This document shows, one piece after another, positions 8,826 to 18,310 of a stretch of DNA of 64,000 nucleotides. Each line of letters begins with the position of its first letter. The first letter of the stretch is position 1. Source of the stretch: an uncultured delta proteobacterium (GTDB lineage: Bacteria > Desulfobacterota > Syntrophia > Syntrophales > UBA2185); assembly GCA_963729715.1 (NCBI GenBank), contig CAVSPA010000014.1, positions 1 through 64,000 of the forward strand, given 5' to 3'. The notes below the pieces were generated by a model, which made no database searches, was not told where the DNA came from, and worked only from the letters and a program-made list of their open reading frames with translations. The position numbers and the translations under genes were made by a program.

Positions 8826-10994
8826 CTACTGATGATTAGGGTCATACTTGTCATCCCAGTTGTATTCTCTTAGCGCGTAGTCGGCGAGATTCGACCAGAA
8901 ACCTTCGCCACCCTTATTCTTCAATTCTGAAAAAGTCTTGTCCGCCATCTCCGAATTCTTCAATCCTGTGTATCCCTTCCCTACCCCATAGAGCGACCAT
9001 AAGCCTTCGGCGCGCCCGCCAAGGTATGACGCCGATTGCTTGTACATGGATATGGCATCCTGGTATTCCTTTTTCTCAAACAGACAATCGCCGAGACCCC
9101 TATATGAAGCAATCAGAACATCGACAGAGTATTTTTTGCTTTCCTTGTTGTAGACTTCGATAGCCTTCCGGTAACTGGCCATCGCCGCTTCCAGCGAATT
9201 TATTGCCTTCAGGCAGTCGGCATTCTTCCGGTAGACCTCGGCCATGCCTTCAATGCCTTCTCCACGAGCCAAGACCCTCGCATAAGCCGATGCCGCCTTA
9301 TCAAACAGGCCCTTCTTAAAGTAGACATTCCCCAGGATTCTATCTACGTGCAACTGTATATGCCCGTCCGGCGATGAATGTTGGACCATCGCTTTGCCTT
9401 GAGATTTTGTTTGGCGGCGGTTCATGATCAAACTTCGGTCTTTTTCCGGCGGAGCCGCTGACAACCGCTGAAGTATCTTTTCGACATTATCGTAATTCCG
9501 TCTCTCACAGTCGATATCGGCAATAGCAATCAATGTCTTGTTTCTATCGGCAACACTTCCGGACGTCTTCAGGAGTTTCTCAAAGACTTCAGCTGCCTCA
9601 TCATAGAGGCCAACACGTCTGAGACTGTCACCCATACAGTATGCCGCTTTGAAATTATCTCCTGTGATCAGACCGTGTTCTCGAGACTTAAAGTATACTT
9701 CTGAAACTGCCAGATGATCCCCGATCGCATAATTCTCATCCACGATCCGGTCGGTAGATATCATGAAATACTTGATGACCTCTCCTTTGTACCTTCCATT
9801 GGGAAAGCGAGAGAGTAAGAGAGCATAGGTATCAAAGCTCTCCTTGTGTCTGTTATTTTTGTACAGGAAGTAACCTTTTTGAAACAGCAACTCCTCCACA
9901 TAATCGCCGGAAGGCTGCCCGGCCAAGAGATCATTATACGTCTTAAGCGGGTCCTGGTAATTCCGCATTCCCTGAAAATATGACGGCAATCTCATTCCCG
10001 GCTTCTTTACACCCAGATTGGCCATGATAATTGCACTTTCCGTCGCTTCACGGCTGCTCGGATATTTTTCTATCAAGAGACTGAACATCTTGAGTGAAAG
10101 GGGAAGTTGATCGAGTTCCATATAGGAACGGGCAATGGCGAAAAGAACTTCTTTGTTGCTCTCCTTCTCCGGGAATACATTGACATAGAAGAAAAATATC
10201 TTCAGTGCATCGCGATATTTCATGCTCCGGAAGTAATGAAACCCGACGTTCAAAAGGACATCTTCGGGAATGGTTTCCAATTCAGGCCACTTCTTCAAGG
10301 CATCGCCATACCATTTATCGGCGATTTCCTCCTGATGCATCTGCGTATAGCAATCACCGAGATTAAAGTAAGCCGTCTTAATGTATTCTCCCGCCGGGAA
10401 CTTGCGCACATATTCCTCATACTTCTGAGAGCTCTCGTCAAATTTTCTCGCCTTGTAGAGCATTTCACCTATTCTGAACGTAATCTCTGGAACGTAATGA
10501 GAGTCGGGATACTTTGCGTAAAGATTTTCGAATTCCCGCTTTGCTTCATAATAGAAATCCAAGGCAGCATAGGCATTAGCTACTCTGTATAAGGCAACGG
10601 CATTGTCATCGCGGGAATCGGGATACTTCTGTACAATATTCTTGTAAAGATCGGCTGCATTTAAGAGACTATTCTTATTCCCCTTTATTCCGAGGAAATA
10701 ATGGCATTCCGCTATGGATCTCATAGCCTTTTCTTTTTTGGGGGATTCTCCGGACTCCTGCTGTAAGACAACTTTGAACTTTTCCAGCGCCTCGGCATAT
10801 CCTCCCCGTTGAAAGTCTCCCATGGCCTGATCATAGATAGAATTGTTAGATTCTACGCCGTGGCTGGCTGTTGTTACCGCATTCGGCTGGCCTGCTGCTT
10901 GACCTTGCTCATCGACGTTGCTGCCGTGAGTCGATCCGCTGAGCTGTATTATGAGCATTAGTATTAGGGCAGATGAGATTATGAATTTCTTCAT
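8826..10994 (-). CDS. Large exported TPR-repeat protein (BamD/YbgF-like repeats) upstream of fleSR
   Basis: Signal peptide MKKFIISSALILMLII..., and many TPR units ending KYPDS/KFPAG/KYPSS. Confidence 0.85.
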   Translation of the reverse strand: MKKFIISSALILMLIIQLSGSTHGSNVDEQGQAAGQPNAVTTASHGVESNNSIYDQAMGDFQRGGYAEALEKFKVVLQQESGESPKKEKAMRSIAECHYFLGIKGNKNSLLNAADLYKNIVQKYPDSRDDNAVALYRVANAYAALDFYYEAKREFENLYAKYPDSHYVPEITFRIGEMLYKARKFDESSQKYEEYVRKFPAGEYIKTAYFNLGDCYTQMHQEEIADKWYGDALKKWPELETIPEDVLLNVGFHYFRSMKYRDALKIFFFYVNVFPEKESNKEVLFAIARSYMELDQLPLSLKMFSLLIEKYPSSREATESAIIMANLGVKKPGMRLPSYFQGMRNYQDPLKTYNDLLAGQPSGDYVEELLFQKGYFLYKNNRHKESFDTYALLLSRFPNGRYKGEVIKYFMISTDRIVDENYAIGDHLAVSEVYFKSREHGLITGDNFKAAYCMGDSLRRVGLYDEAAEVFEKLLKTSGSVADRNKTLIAIADIDCERRNYDNVEKILQRLSAAPPEKDRSLIMNRRQTKSQGKAMVQHSSPDGHIQLHVDRILGNVYFKKGLFDKAASAYARVLARGEGIEGMAEVYRKNADCLKAINSLEAAMASYRKAIEVYNKESKKYSVDVLIASYRGLGDCLFEKKEYQDAISMYKQSASYLGGRAEGLWSLYGVGKGYTGLKNSEMADKTFSELKNKGGEGFWSNLADYALREYNWDDKYDPNHQ

Positions 10995-11179
10995 TCTTCT
11001 AAAATTCAAATGTGTCGAGAGCCACAGACTCCCGCACTCCAATTCTCTCGTTAATTGTCATTTCAAATAGCGGGTGTTCGAAGACATCTGCAACCAGGCT
11101 TTTCCCACGTTCACCTTTGGGACACCTTTCCGTACTGCGTAGAAATATCCTTTAAAAGTAGCTCAGCTTAATTTCCTGA

Positions 11180-11194
11180 GCAATTTATGTACCA
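11180..11194 (-). promoter_or_regulatory. Sigma54 (-24/-12) promoter for the TPR-fleS-fleR operon
   Basis: Minus strand reads TGGTAC-ATAAA-TTGC, matching TGGYAC-N5-TTGC with exact GG-N10-GC spacing, about 185 nt upstream of the ATG. Confidence 0.8.
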
Positions 11195-11282
11195 TCCGTT
11201 TAAGAGAGAGCTTTTCTCTTAATAAACAGAAGCTTAAAGATGTTTTCCGGCAATATGATGCTACCGTCTGAGCATAATTTAC

Positions 11283-11316
11283 GTCAAATAGTGACCATGC
11301 AGGCCAAATTTTTGAC
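11283..11316. promoter_or_regulatory. Putative enhancer (UAS): two GTCA...TGAC-type boxes
   Basis: GTCAAATAGTGAC (11283-11295) and GCCAAATTTTTGAC (11303-11316), about 90-120 nt upstream of the sigma54 promoter; similar to FleQ-type GTCA-N6-TGAC boxes. Confidence 0.5.
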
Positions 11317-11639
11317 CGGATCGTTAGACGCATATCGTGAAATGCATCCTTGCCTTATATCTTCATCTCTTTGGCATGAATATCTTGAAGTGAAGGGCGG
11401 GCGTTGCTGTTAATTAAGGGAATTCTTCGGGAAGGCGCTAAGGAAATCAACTGACTGGCGGCAGAGAAGATTAACGGGTTAGTAGTAAATTATTGCAAGA
11501 TGATTTCCTCAGCCGTAACACAATCGCGGGGGATATCTCTTCTGTGGTGTGCTGACAGGGAGGGATAGAGGGCCAAACGCGAGTCAATGCCTGCCCCTGG
11601 GAAGATACTTGCCCGCGCAATCGTCAACAGCTACTGAAG

Positions 11640-13019
11640 CTACTGACCAATCTTGAACCTCTTCAATTTCTCAACAAAAGTTGTTCTATTTAAGTTCAGT
11701 AATTTTGCAGCCTTGTTCTTTGCTCCTCCAGCCTTTTCCAGTGCTCTGGACAGCAAGTCCTTTTCAAGCTGATCAACACAGGCATTATAATTGACCCCCT
11801 CATCAGTTATTTCTACACCGCTGCTGACAACACTGTGGGAGGGTGCCATTGCTATTTTCTCCGGAAGGTCTTGAACTTCTATTTCACCTTCCTCTTTCAA
11901 GACAACGAGCATCTCGATTAAATTTTCGAGTTCTCTGACATTTCCAGGCCATGAATATTTAAGCAGGTACTCCATCGCTTCCGGGGTGATCCGAGCCACG
12001 CCCTTTCTCTTTAGTTTGTTGAATTTCGACAGGAAGTGGTTAGCCAAGATCGGGATATCAACCTTTCTTTCCCTCAGAGGCGGCAGATCAATAGGTATGA
12101 CGTTTATACGGTAAAAGAGATCTTCCCGAAATCTTTTTTCCTCTATCGCCTTTTCCAAATCCTGGTTGGTTGCGGCAATAATTCTTACATCAACCTGCAG
12201 CGTCTTCACTCCTCCGATGCGCTCAAATTGCTTCTCCTGAAGCACCCTTAACACCTTCACCTGGAGTGCAGGACTCATATCACCGATCTCATCCAGAAAT
12301 ATCGTCCCGCCATTGGCTAATTCAAATCTGCCGATTCTGGTGCGCAGTGCTCCTGTAAAGGCACCTTTCTCATGGCCGAATAACTCGCTTTCAAGCAGCT
12401 CTTCGGGAATGGCACCGCAGTTTACGGCAACAAGGGGAAAATTTATTCTCTCACTGTTGAAATGTACGGCCTTGGCAACTAATTCTTTGCCTGTGCCGCT
12501 TTCGCCGTAGATCATGACCGTACTATCGGAAGTGGCGACCTTTTCAATCGTTTCAAAGATCCTTTTCATCCCATCGCTGTAGCCGATCATGTTGTCGAAA
12601 TCATATCTTTTTTTCAAACTTCTCTTGAGGGATATATTTTCTTGTCTCAGTTTTGCGTAGGATAGTGCCCTTTCAATCGTCAGTGTCACGAGATCATCTT
12701 TTAGCGGTTTGGTGATATAGTCAAAAGCACCGAGCTTTATCGCGGCCACGGCCGTATTGATAGTACCATGTCCGGTAATTATAATTACGATATTCTCCGG
12801 ACTAATCTCCTGGATAAATTCCAGAAGCTGGAGACCATCCATATTCGGCATCTTCAAATCAGTTATCACGAGGTCGTATTTATCTTCGATAAAGGCATCC
12901 CTGGCTTGCTTGCCGTCTTCGACAGCCGTAACCTCGCAGCCATGACTCTTCAGAAGTTCGCAGAGGTTCTCCCTGCTTAGTTCATTGTCCTCAGCAATTA
13001 ATATTTTTGCATTTTTCAT
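11640..13019 (-). CDS. Sigma54-dependent transcriptional activator (REC-AAA+-Fis HTH), FleQ/FlrA/NtrC-like
   Basis: REC with phosphoacceptor Asp (VITDLKMP), [52 protein letters not shown]. Confidence 0.93.
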   Translation of the reverse strand: MKNAKILIAEDNELSRENLCELLKSHGCEVTAVEDGKQARDAFIEDKYDLVITDLKMPNMDGLQLLEFIQEISPENIVIIITGHGTINTAVAAIKLGAFDYITKPLKDDLVTLTIERALSYAKLRQENISLKRSLKKRYDFDNMIGYSDGMKRIFETIEKVATSDSTVMIYGESGTGKELVAKAVHFNSERINFPLVAVNCGAIPEELLESELFGHEKGAFTGALRTRIGRFELANGGTIFLDEIGDMSPALQVKVLRVLQEKQFERIGGVKTLQVDVRIIAATNQDLEKAIEEKRFREDLFYRINVIPIDLPPLRERKVDIPILANHFLSKFNKLKRKGVARITPEAMEYLLKYSWPGNVRELENLIEMLVVLKEEGEIEVQDLPEKIAMAPSHSVVSSGVEITDEGVNYNACVDQLEKDLLSRALEKAGGAKNKAAKLLNLNRTTFVEKLKRFKIGQ

Positions 13020-13183
13020 AATAGATTCTTTAAGAAGATCCTCAGTTGAGACGATATAAGACTCAGCTGGACTTAGCGACGCCCAATGTTAACAAAAATT
13101 GAACAATAGTCAAATAGAATATTAGCATAATAGCCATTTATGATTGAGATTTTACAATATTCAGACACTGACCAAAAAAGAGT

Positions 13184-13210
13184 TAAAGTTTTACTGTTTT
13201 CTTCCGATAA
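13184..13210 (+). promoter_or_regulatory. Sigma28 (FliA) promoter
   Basis: TAAAGTTT-N11-TCCGATAA against the consensus TAAAGTTT-N11-GCCGATAA; 40 nt upstream of the ATG at 13251. Confidence 0.85.
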
Positions 13211-13250
13211 AGTAAATGAGGGATGAGAATACACTTGGTGGGGTTCGAGG

Positions 13251-13466
13251 ATGACGATTTCATCTTATCAAATTGACAATATTCTTAAGGCGTATAGTAA
13301 GCAGAACAAGGTCAGGATCGGGACATCACTTCAACCGGACATGACCAAAGGTGCAAAATATGCCGACATAGTCACTCTGGACTCCGGCGATAAAACAGCT
13401 GCTTACGATAAAATTTCATACAGCCTGATGGATATTCTCCTGAAATCCAAGAAGAATAATGACTGA
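13251..13466 (+). CDS. Small DVU0524-family (FlgM-associated)-like protein
   Basis: N-terminus MTISSYQIDNILKAYSKQ resembles the DVU0524 family; sigma28 promoter upstream; overlaps the next gene. Confidence 0.65.
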   Translation: MTISSYQIDNILKAYSKQNKVRIGTSLQPDMTKGAKYADIVTLDSGDKTAAYDKISYSLMDILLKSKKNND

Positions 13467-15033
13467 GCGGGATCATTTATCTTTTTCCGCAGATAACACC
13501 CACGATAGAGCGCGTATGTTAAGTATGAATGAAGTAAGTTCAGAAAGAAAATCCATCCTGGTAGTCGATGACGACATCGGCACTAGATCGCTTGTCGTAG
13601 ATGCCATATGTCAGGCGGGCGCCTATGCAGTTACTGAGGCGTCCGATGGCGTTGAAGGCTTGGAAAGGCTGGGCGAAAACCATTTTGATATGGTCATATG
13701 CGATGTCATGATGCCTGGCATGAACGGCATGGATCTCCTGGACAAAATTAGAGAAATCAAACCCACGACACACGTGATTCTTATTACGGCCTACCCCACC
13801 ATCGGACTGACCGTTTCCGCAATGAAGACGGGCGCAGTAGACTTCCTGGCAAAACCATTCAATATTGACGATCTCTTATACAAGATTGACGTCTATCTAA
13901 GGGCAAAAACGATTCTCAGTGAATACGACAAGCAGACAACAGCCACCTCCCTAACTACCAAGATAAGCGACTTATCTACACGCAGCTACATATATGACAA
14001 GATCGAACTCACGAAAAACAACGATGAAATATTTCAGGAAATGGTTGATCTTGCTCTGAAGGTCGTCGGCGGCGAGGCATGCTCTATACTCTTGTACGAT
14101 AAGGATTCTCAGGAATTTGATGCTGTTGTGGTCAAGGGAGTCTCACAAACTTTTTTCAAAAGCGTAATTATGTCGTCTTTATATTCTATACTCAGAGATA
14201 CCGTCCGCAAGAAGGAGCCCTTGCTGCGAAACCTCATCAAGAACGCCGCATATTCATCTGTCGTCTGCTCGCCCTTGAAAATCAGGGACCAGGTCTTCGG
14301 CATCATAGCTCTTTCTGGAAAAAGCAACGAACATGTCTATACGGAAAGAGATCTTTATTATATCCAGAGTATTGCTAACAGGGCGTCTCTCAATATCGAG
14401 AACAGGCTTCTGTACGAAAGTCTGTACACGAATCTCTTGAGTACCTTTCAATCGCTCGTTGCTTCCATTCAAGCTCGTGATTATTACACGGAAGAGCACT
14501 CCATGAGGGTGACGGATATTGTTATAAGAATAGCAGAAGCAATGAGTTGCTCTCCGAGTGAAATCGAATCGCTCAAGATAGCGGCAACGCTGCATGACAT
14601 AGGAAAAATCTCCATACCTGACGACATCCTTCTCAAACCCGGCCGACTCACTACTTACGAATTCGATGTTATAAAGAACCACCCAGTGATTGGAGAAAAT
14701 ATCTTGAAGCCCCTTCCCATCTTGGATACGGAAAGATTAATAATCCGCCATCACCATGAACGGTGGGACGGTAATGGTTATCCCGATGGCCTCCAGGGTT
14801 CCAATATTCCCCTCTTTTCGAGGATGCTGGCAGTTGCGGATGCGTTTGACGCCATGACTAACAACCGACCATACCGGAAAGCAATGGATGTAGATGCAGC
14901 GGTCGCCGAGTTGAAAAGAAATGTTAATCGTCAATTTGATGAAGAAATCGTGAACTACTTTATAAGCACTCTTCATAGGGAATCGACCATGGTGCCCCGC
15001 GGTATTATGACTGATACCGGGCATGTCATGTAG
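13459..15033 (+). CDS. REC-GAF-HD-GYP cyclic-di-GMP phosphodiesterase
   Basis: REC (ILVVDDD, ICDVMMPG), GAF-like middle region, HSMRV, LHDIGK, HHHERWDGNGYPDGL, ADAFDAMTNNRPYR. Confidence 0.92.
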   Translation: MTERDHLSFSADNTHDRARMLSMNEVSSERKSILVVDDDIGTRSLVVDAICQAGAYAVTEASDGVEGLERLGENHFDMVICDVMMPGMNGMDLLDKIREIKPTTHVILITAYPTIGLTVSAMKTGAVDFLAKPFNIDDLLYKIDVYLRAKTILSEYDKQTTATSLTTKISDLSTRSYIYDKIELTKNNDEIFQEMVDLALKVVGGEACSILLYDKDSQEFDAVVVKGVSQTFFKSVIMSSLYSILRDTVRKKEPLLRNLIKNAAYSSVVCSPLKIRDQVFGIIALSGKSNEHVYTERDLYYIQSIANRASLNIENRLLYESLYTNLLSTFQSLVASIQARDYYTEEHSMRVTDIVIRIAEAMSCSPSEIESLKIAATLHDIGKISIPDDILLKPGRLTTYEFDVIKNHPVIGENILKPLPILDTERLIIRHHHERWDGNGYPDGLQGSNIPLFSRMLAVADAFDAMTNNRPYRKAMDVDAAVAELKRNVNRQFDEEIVNYFISTLHRESTMVPRGIMTDTGHVM

Positions 15034-15349
15034 CCAGTGTGTTCAAGAGTAAATCACCCTTCAAATCTTAAATGCATCCCCCCATACAGGAAAAAGTCAG
15101 GCCACCGGTTTCCCGCGGAAAACATTCGCCCCGGAGATGTTGGAAACCCTGTGTGATGGGCATGCCTGCGTTACTTGCGTTACCCGGTGCGGTCTCCTTA
15201 TAACGTGCAGATCATACTCTCAACCTGTCGCGACATAAGGTCCCGAACTCCAGAAAGATTTGTGTGATGCAATTGAACTGCCGGAAATGATGAGAGGTGA
15301 GTAAATGTTGATATCCTGGCACAGCCGATCATCTGCAGAAACACTGCCG

Positions 15350-16522
15350 TTATTTTTTCCTTTCCTTTTTTGGGGCAATTATCTGTTCTGTCTTCTGAAT
15401 GTAACTGCCGGGATAGTTGATGTCGATACGTTTCTTTTTCATGTAAGCCAAGGCTTCCTCACGGCTCGCAAAACGACCGACCAGAATTCTGTATAACGTT
15501 CCGCCATCTTTCGCAGTCATTTCAGACCAGTAGGCATCAATGCCTTCATCCTTGAGCATCTTCGTAAACTCGGCAGCCATCTCGCTGCCGCGAACAGCCT
15601 TGATCTGTATGGCAAATGGCTTCAATGCTTGGGGTCGGGCATTATTTAACGTCGCCTTCTTTGCTTTGACAACCTTTGTTTTTCCTTTCGCGGCGCTTTT
15701 CGCCCCTGTTTTTTGCGAAGGCTCGGGCTTGTTCACTTTCTCCGCAGGAATTTCTTTGGCAGTTCCCGGCGAACTGGCGGTAGGGGGACTCTGCTGAGTC
15801 TCCGGTTTAGGCGCATCCACTCCCTTAATTTCTCCTGCAGGCGTTACAGCATCGGCATCAGGACTTTGCACGGCCGCCTGTTTAATCACTTCGGCTCCCG
15901 TGATTTCTTTAGCAATCTTTGTCGCTTTTGCGGTATCAACACTCTGTGAGGAGGTTATCTCTCTTGCAATCTGTACGCCCGTCTCATGACTTATATGCGC
16001 CCAAATGGCACCGGCTTTCTTGCTGTTCATGCGCATCATGATTTCAGCCGCCATCTTTGTATCCATCTTTTCAAATATGGCTGCCGCTTTTTCAGGAGGA
16101 GCGACCTCGTATATTCTTGCCAGTGACTGATATCTTTTGTCCCTCTCACCCTTTTGACTTTCCATTGTTGGCGACATTTTTTCCTCAAGAACCCTGAGGG
16201 CCTCCATTTTTTCCGCTACATCCTTTTTTAAAGCCTCGATCTTCAGTTCTTCCTCTTTTAACCCCTTCTCCCTGTCATCAAGCTCTTTCTGCTTTTCCAG
16301 TAAATTATGCATGAGAGTGCTCTCCTGCGCGGATGGGACCTTGGTCTCTTCTTTGGGAGCCGCAGATTCACTCGGACGAGACTGGGCAAGCACGGAAGTG
16401 ACAAACCACAAAGACTGGCTGGAGTTACCGACATTTTTTACGGCGGCACTCATATAGAAAAACACGAAAATAATAATAAATAAACAGAATTTTGTGCCAC
16501 AGAAATTGACTATTCTTTTCAT
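15350..16522 (-). CDS. Membrane-anchored MotE/FlbB(YlxF)-like coiled-coil protein fused to a C-terminal SPOR domain
   Basis: TM helix, coiled coil (KQKELDDREKGLKEEE), LARIYEVAPPEKAAAIFEKMD...IMMRMNSKKAGAI (MgtE_N/MotE-like), Pro/Ala/Lys linker, SPOR (FAIQIKAVR...LKDEGIDAY...LYRILVGRFASREEA). Confidence 0.75.
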   Translation of the reverse strand: MKRIVNFCGTKFCLFIIIFVFFYMSAAVKNVGNSSQSLWFVTSVLAQSRPSESAAPKEETKVPSAQESTLMHNLLEKQKELDDREKGLKEEELKIEALKKDVAEKMEALRVLEEKMSPTMESQKGERDKRYQSLARIYEVAPPEKAAAIFEKMDTKMAAEIMMRMNSKKAGAIWAHISHETGVQIAREITSSQSVDTAKATKIAKEITGAEVIKQAAVQSPDADAVTPAGEIKGVDAPKPETQQSPPTASSPGTAKEIPAEKVNKPEPSQKTGAKSAAKGKTKVVKAKKATLNNARPQALKPFAIQIKAVRGSEMAAEFTKMLKDEGIDAYWSEMTAKDGGTLYRILVGRFASREEALAYMKKKRIDINYPGSYIQKTEQIIAPKKERKK

Positions 16523-16901
16523 CTTTGTTCCCTTTTCCCAATTGCCCCGGGGAAAAATTTCCGTCAGTTTGCTCATACAGGATTTCACCGTCGTAATCAA
16601 TGATTTTTCTTGCCTTTTGCAGTGGCAGACTGATGAGGTTGCCTTAGTACTTGAGAATAACGAAAGGATTTTGGTCACAAATGATCCTCATCAGTATTTT
16701 GCCTTGACAACTTTTATGTAAGTCATTATGAATATACGTCAATAAATACATCAGATGCTTGGCTGATGCCTTGAAATCTTTTTCTTTTCGCGCCCAGATG
16801 CTTCAATCTTTCCGCATAGAGAGGGAACATAATACTGCAAGAAGGAAGCTTGATCCCACGCAGGCGGATTTAGAAGAATTTCTATGTGAAACCTTTCTTA
16901 A

Positions 16902-17534
16902 ATGCATGTAGACAAGAGACAAAAGAAGTTTACCATCATTATAGTCCAGGGCGAGAGGCGACTGTGTTCCTTTAAGCTGCCGATGAACTTTTTAACGGTC
17001 TGCCTGGTAACGGTTATTGGCCTATGTATTATCTCTTTTGCCGCAGTTCTCCTCCACAACCGGATAGGGGGTTTTAAAGAAGAGCTCACGGCTAATATTG
17101 GAACTCACGGTAAGTCTCCGGATATGGCAAAGAGCGCGGTATCAGCCGAAGCGGAAACGGTGATCGCCGTTACACAATCTTACAACTTGTCCATAGAAAA
17201 TTTCGAAGCCAACTTCGACCTTTCAAGAAAATTATTCCGCTATTCGTTTCTTCTGAAGAACAAGACGTCGAAAAATGCCCCGGCGTCGGGGTACATTTTC
17301 CTCATTCTGAAATCGGATGGATCGGGGGCGGAACGTTGGCTCGCCGATCCCCAAACTAATCTGTCCAATGGAGTCCCGCAGAATTTCAGGGACGGTGACC
17401 CCTTTTCCATCACCAGACATAAAGTCATAACCAAGGACATATCCATACAACACACTTACGATTCCGCCTCAATATTTGTTTTTTCAGACGACGGCAAACT
17501 TGTATTGAGAGAGATTTTCAATTTGAAGACCTGA
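16902..17534 (+). CDS. Hypothetical single-pass membrane protein
   Basis: 210-aa ORF with an N-terminal KKFTIIIV segment, one TM helix and a beta-rich C-terminal domain; co-oriented with bactofilin. Confidence 0.7.
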   Translation: MHVDKRQKKFTIIIVQGERRLCSFKLPMNFLTVCLVTVIGLCIISFAAVLLHNRIGGFKEELTANIGTHGKSPDMAKSAVSAEAETVIAVTQSYNLSIENFEANFDLSRKLFRYSFLLKNKTSKNAPASGYIFLILKSDGSGAERWLADPQTNLSNGVPQNFRDGDPFSITRHKVITKDISIQHTYDSASIFVFSDDGKLVLREIFNLKT

Positions 17535-17564
17535 CGAGGGAACAAATTAGAGGAACACCTGAGG

Positions 17565-17903
17565 GTGAACGCAAGAAACAACAATATCTCTATAGTAAAT
17601 AGGGATTGCAAAATTGAAGGGATTCTGCATTTCAGAGGTCATCTGATTGTCGAAGGACTCATAGAGGGGACGCTTTTTGCGGAAACTGTTTTCACAGAGA
17701 AAGACAGCAATGTGAAAGCGCAAATAAGCGCAACCTCCCTGACCATAGCGGGAAATTTCGAAGGGGAGATTGAAGTCACCGGCACTCTTACACTTATGAA
17801 ATCCGCGGATGTAAGAGGTAATATCAAATGCCGAAACTTAGTCATTGATGAAGGCGGAATCATAAATGGCAGCGTCAAATTTATATCAGCAGAAACTCCC
17901 TGA
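17565..17903 (+). CDS. Bactofilin (polymer-forming cytoskeletal protein, CcmA family)
   Basis: ISIVNRDCKIEGILHFRGHLIVEGLIEG...LTIAGNFEGEI...VRGNIKCRNLVIDEGGIING. Confidence 0.9.
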   Translation: MNARNNNISIVNRDCKIEGILHFRGHLIVEGLIEGTLFAETVFTEKDSNVKAQISATSLTIAGNFEGEIEVTGTLTLMKSADVRGNIKCRNLVIDEGGIINGSVKFISAETP

Positions 17904-18310
17904 GAGCAGCCCCACTTGATTGAGCCGCGATATTCTTAAAGCCAAAGCCTTGATAACCTGAGCACAAGCAGCGACCCGGATAAAATAGAGTACGGCTTTA
18001 AAGAGCACATAAGGTCTGCACAAGTTAGCAAGAACGAATTGTGCGCGGACACGATCTGAGCCCACAGATAGTGTCGGCTGTTCTATCGTTCTTTCTTACA
18101 AAGGCGCGGCGGGTGTTTCCGGCTCCCATATCTCCTGCCTGTCGCAAGAGGCCTCCGCTATGAGACCTGTCACCTTGAAATGCACGTCATGCGTCTGCTT
18201 TTGCGGAGTATTCCAAAAAGTTATGGAAAAATGAATAAGAATAGTGCTATCGTGCTTTTAATAATTATCTGATGCGGAACGACGAATCAATGTCCGCAAT
18301 GGAGGATTGA

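Noticed and set aside
11320..11640. c-di-GMP riboswitch in the flagellar intergenic regions (also 15034-15349 and 16523-16900)
   Set aside because: No GGCAAA...GAAA...GACGCAAAGC-type core was found by eye.
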